DNA of 28,882 nt, taken from a virus. Lineage: Duplodnaviria > Caudoviricetes. Positions 25,753 through 28,882 of the stretch are shown here, piece after piece; position 1 is the first letter of the stretch; each line of letters starts with the position of its first letter. The position numbers and the translations under genes are program-made. The notes under the pieces were generated by a model. That model had not been told where the DNA came from. It saw only the letters and a program-made list of their open reading frames with translations, and did not search any database. Location of the stretch: IMG/VR virus record IMGVR_UViG_3300027622_000042, positions 1 to 28,882 of that record; one strand, given 5' to 3'.

Positions 25753-26363
25753 AAAGTATCTTATTTGCAATATTATTTACATTCGTAGCAGTTCCGGTAT
25801 ATGCATATGAATTGTTAATGTTTAGTAATCCAAGTTGTTCATATTGTCAAGACTTTCTTAGGGAAGTTGAACCGGGATATCATTCAACACAAATTGCAAA
25901 ACAATTTCCATTACGAGTTATTAATACAGTTGGACCCCCTCCACAATGGTTTTCTGATGCATATGATAGAAATAATATAGATTCTATTGATGCTACTCCT
26001 ACATTTGTTATGTGGGATGAGAAACAGCAATCAGAAATAGCACGTTTAGTTGGTTATGAGAATAAGGCTGATTTTTATAAAATGCTAAATCAATTTATGG
26101 AACTCTTTCATAATAAGCTCGAAGAACGAGCAATTGAAGATTCTGTAGAATTACCACCATTAGAAAAACCTCACCGTGGACCTATGGATCAATTTGGTAA
26201 TTCTAGACTACCACCCGAAGGAGTTATTAATTCAAGGGATTTATTTAAGCATATGTATAAAACGCCTGAAGAAGCTGTAAAGGCTTCTGATTGGTTTGGT
26301 TGTCATGGTACTATTCATTATCATAAAGATGAAAATGTTTGGATGCCATGTAGGATGGAATAA
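25749..26363 (+). CDS. exported thioredoxin-fold protein (SoxS-like) fused to a small Cys/His domain (DUF3721-like)
   Basis: Signal peptide; ELLMF...CSYC, cis-Pro TPTFV, EIARLVGY; C-terminal YKTPEEA..A...GC.G..H....WMPC. Confidence 0.75.
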   Translation: MKSILFAILFTFVAVPVYAYELLMFSNPSCSYCQDFLREVEPGYHSTQIAKQFPLRVINTVGPPPQWFSDAYDRNNIDSIDATPTFVMWDEKQQSEIARLVGYENKADFYKMLNQFMELFHNKLEERAIEDSVELPPLEKPHRGPMDQFGNSRLPPEGVINSRDLFKHMYKTPEEAVKASDWFGCHGTIHYHKDENVWMPCRME

Positions 26364-26864
26364 ATGTTTGCTCTTAAAATATTCTGGAGGAACATAATGA
26401 TGTATCGAAGAAATCATATGTGTCCAGATGTATGTTATGATCATTCTAGAGCGATTCAAAAAACAGTAAGGGAAATGCATGAGTGGAAGTCTGCAGGAAA
26501 TATAAATATATATAAAAGTGTTGGTAATGAGGTTTCCACAAAGTTATTAAATAGTGATCATAGCAAAGAGTTTCTTTACCCATCACCATTCCCTGAGAAT
26601 AATGTAAGAGATGTTGATTTAGTCATTGTTCCGGGTGTAGTCTTTGATGAAAAAATGGCGAGATATGGTAGAGGCAAAGGTTATTATGATAGATTTCTTG
26701 ATTATTTACCAAAGAGAACATGTATAGTTGCAATAGCATATGATTTTCAAGTATTATCACATAAATGGAAATTAAAGCTTAATGAATATGATATCAAGAT
26801 GGATTATATTATAACTGAAAAGAGGATTATTAAGAAAGAAGGAGTACTCAATTATAAGGAGTAA
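26364..26864 (+). CDS. 5-formyltetrahydrofolate cyclo-ligase
   Basis: DLVIVPGVVFD....RYGRGKGYYDRFL, AYDFQ, D..MD.IITE. Confidence 0.9.
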   Translation: MFALKIFWRNIMMYRRNHMCPDVCYDHSRAIQKTVREMHEWKSAGNINIYKSVGNEVSTKLLNSDHSKEFLYPSPFPENNVRDVDLVIVPGVVFDEKMARYGRGKGYYDRFLDYLPKRTCIVAIAYDFQVLSHKWKLKLNEYDIKMDYIITEKRIIKKEGVLNYKE

Positions 26865-26869
26865 ACACA

Positions 26870-27430
26870 GTGAAATTTGTAATTTCACTTGTTATGTTTT
26901 TGTTGACCAATATATTAACCACAGCATATGCAGCAGATAGCAATACGGTAAGTAGTTCAAATACGGTAAGTAGTTCAACCGTTTCAGGAACAACAACAGT
27001 GGATAGAACTCCGGGTACTGCATCAGCTCCAAATATAATAATTAATAATCAGGATGTATGTAAGACGGGAATAAGTGGCGCAGCACAATCTGCATGGTTT
27101 GGTATCTCAATGGGTAGGACAATTGAAGATTTAAACTGTGAACGACTTAAACTTGCACGGTCGCTATATGGTATGGGTATGAAGGTTGCTAGTGTTAGTT
27201 TATTGTGTCAAGATAAGAGAGTTTTTAAAGCTATGGAAATGGCTGGAACGCCATGTCCAATAGATGGTAAGATTGGTGAATCTGCAAAAGTACTATGGGA
27301 TAAAGAACCCTATAGACGACCTGATTATAATGAATGGAGAGAAAGACGAGAGAATAAAGATAAGGTTAAAGAATTAGATACATATCATTCAGACGATACA
27401 GACCTATGGGATGATGATGAAATTTATTAA
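26870..27430 (+). CDS. secreted Cys-containing hypothetical protein
   Basis: GTG start, signal peptide, Ser/Thr linker, D.NCERLKL.R.LY.MGMKVA.V.LLCQD.RVF.AM..AGTPCP. Confidence 0.75.
   Translation: MKFVISLVMFLLTNILTTAYAADSNTVSSSNTVSSSTVSGTTTVDRTPGTASAPNIIINNQDVCKTGISGAAQSAWFGISMGRTIEDLNCERLKLARSLYGMGMKVASVSLLCQDKRVFKAMEMAGTPCPIDGKIGESAKVLWDKEPYRRPDYNEWRERRENKDKVKELDTYHSDDTDLWDDDEIY
26942..26977 (+). repeat. perfect 18-bp tandem duplication (NTVSSS x2)
   Basis: AATACGGTAAGTAGTTCA repeated twice in frame. Confidence 0.9.
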
Positions 27431-28652
27431 ATTAGTTCTAATAAGTGGTGTAATAATATGGACATTGTTATGGATTGGTAAGGCGGATGCCGATACAGAA
27501 ACAACTGAAGATGTAACCGAACAAAGCGCAGGTGCTACTCATAAATGTCTTCGTAATAATGCTGAATGTACTTGGGATCCACGTGCAGATATTTTCAGAG
27601 GTGGTACCGATGATGATGTAATTAATTGGGACGCACATGGACGAGAATTTAGTATTATGAATGATATTGATACGTTCTTGACTGAGGAACAAATGCTTGC
27701 AGGGTTTACTATGGATAGTGCGATTGGTGTTAAAGATAGGAATGCTGTAGGTGGTGATCCTTTTACTGTACAGATTAAAGTTACAGATGGAACAACTACA
27801 TATTCTGATACGCAAGAATTTACTTTATCATCTGGTTCTGCATATCAAACTGTAACTAGTCAATTAATTGTTCCAGAGAATACATTAGCATATAATTTAG
27901 CAACATTTGGTTTGATTCTTGAGGGAGTAAGTTTAAGTGGTGGTTATGGTGGAGGGCCTATAACAAATGATATTAATTTAACTGCGACATATGAATTGGT
28001 TACACAGATAGAAAATATTATTAATGATTTAGTTGCATCAGCTGTTGATGATATAATTACAGATCAAGGTGTATCTGCTATTGATACTGCATCAATGGAG
28101 ATAGATGTTGTAACTCCATCTGGTAGTACTAGTATGAATGTTGGTGTAACTGCTACACCTACAGCAGTTGTATTATCTGTTCCAACTGTATCAGGTAAGA
28201 TAGAAAAAATAACAATTAGTACTGGTATGGCATCTAGTGATAGTCAACCAGAACCAGTAGCAGAGGTTGCAGAGGCAGTTGCTGAAGTAGAATCAGCTAT
28301 GGAAGAATCAGAATCAGAATCTGAATCAGAAGAATCAGAAGAAAAGGAAGAAAAACAAGAATCAAAAGCAACTAAAACAGATAAAGCAAAAGCTGTACAA
28401 GCAATAGTAACTAGAGTTTTACAAGCGGTTGAGATGGCTGGTGGTGATACAGATAGTACAAAGTTAGCATTAATGGGAATTCTTGGTAATCAGGGATTTC
28501 GAGATTATCAACGACAAGAAATGCCAGATGTTGCGTGGTATGATACAACTGTAGCATATGAATCACCAATAATTCCAGATCCTCTGGGCGCGGTATTTAG
28601 TCTTGGATCAAATCAAATGATGGAAGCTATGACAGATGTACAATACGAATAG
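27411..28652 (+). CDS. secreted/membrane-anchored acidic hypothetical protein
   Basis: 413 aa, N-terminal hydrophobic segment, beta-rich domain, ESESE low-complexity tract. Confidence 0.75.
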   Translation: MMMKFIKLVLISGVIIWTLLWIGKADADTETTEDVTEQSAGATHKCLRNNAECTWDPRADIFRGGTDDDVINWDAHGREFSIMNDIDTFLTEEQMLAGFTMDSAIGVKDRNAVGGDPFTVQIKVTDGTTTYSDTQEFTLSSGSAYQTVTSQLIVPENTLAYNLATFGLILEGVSLSGGYGGGPITNDINLTATYELVTQIENIINDLVASAVDDIITDQGVSAIDTASMEIDVVTPSGSTSMNVGVTATPTAVVLSVPTVSGKIEKITISTGMASSDSQPEPVAEVAEAVAEVESAMEESESESESEESEEKEEKQESKATKTDKAKAVQAIVTRVLQAVEMAGGDTDSTKLALMGILGNQGFRDYQRQEMPDVAWYDTTVAYESPIIPDPLGAVFSLGSNQMMEAMTDVQYE

Positions 28653-28661
28653 GAGAAAATA

Positions 28662-28882
28662 ATGCAACATAAAAATGTGGAAAGATTTGCTATATGTGAT
28701 GAGTTTGTAGATATTATGCCTTCTGAGTATCAGACTTTAATTGAAGATTCAACCTATGGTAAAGTAGATCGTGGTTGGAAAGATATAGGATCCTCTAAAG
28801 AATTGATTGAACAACATTCTCTTTGTGCTGGATGTCCAGAGTCTATTGCATTTCGATATATTCTTGCATCTATACCAAGACC
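28662..28882 (+). CDS. 2-oxoacid (pyruvate/2-oxoglutarate):ferredoxin oxidoreductase beta subunit, N-terminal part, 3'-truncated
   Basis: Not in ORF track; AGGAG RBS; MQHKNVERFAICDEFVDIMPSEYQTLIEDSTYGKVDRGWKDIGSSKELIEQHSLCAGCPESIAFRYILASIPR; CAGC beta-subunit motif. Confidence 0.85.
   Translation, partial: MQHKNVERFAICDEFVDIMPSEYQTLIEDSTYGKVDRGWKDIGSSKELIEQHSLCAGCPESIAFRYILASIPR

Noticed and set aside
3018-26508. TATAAATA matches inside CDSs (3018, 18175, 26501)
   Set aside because: Intragenic and expected by chance in AT-rich DNA
28295-28365. GAATCA repeats as a DNA repeat element
   Set aside because: Explained by the ESESESEESEE low-complexity protein linker
1-28882. Stop-codon reassignment / alternative genetic code
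   Set aside because: Core genes are full-length in code 11 and TAA, TAG and TGA all end genes at expected positions

Overview
AT-rich fragment of a large T4-like myophage genome, resembling marine cyano/pelagiphage-style T4 relatives. Left half: nucleotide and replication genes (dCMP deaminase, RNase H, exonuclease, dNMP kinase, gp33, gp32) mixed with accessory genes (GAPDH C-terminus, HtrA protease, aldehyde dehydrogenase, SleB-type hydrolase, ClpP, several unannotated micro membrane proteins) and a circularly permuted two-piece tmRNA behind a T4 late promoter. Middle: tail/baseplate module (tape-measure-like protein with a pesticin-type muramidase domain, gp51, gp26, gp54-like, gp2, gp4, gp48, gp53, gp27-like, gp5 without lysozyme, PAAR). 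Right end: accessory island (thioredoxin fusion, 5-formyl-THF cyclo-ligase, two secreted proteins) and the start of a 2-oxoacid:ferredoxin oxidoreductase beta subunit resembling the Nitrospira/Nitrospina rTCA type, which hints at the host. Top candidates: (1) a programmed -1 frameshift fusing gp26 to gp51, like lambda G/GT; (2) permuted tmRNA plus phage ClpP/HtrA as a possible tag-and-degrade system; (3) an rTCA-type auxiliary metabolic gene; (4) repeated 23-bp palindromic boxes upstream of sigma70-like promoters. Family calls come from motif recognition and recall, not database searches.
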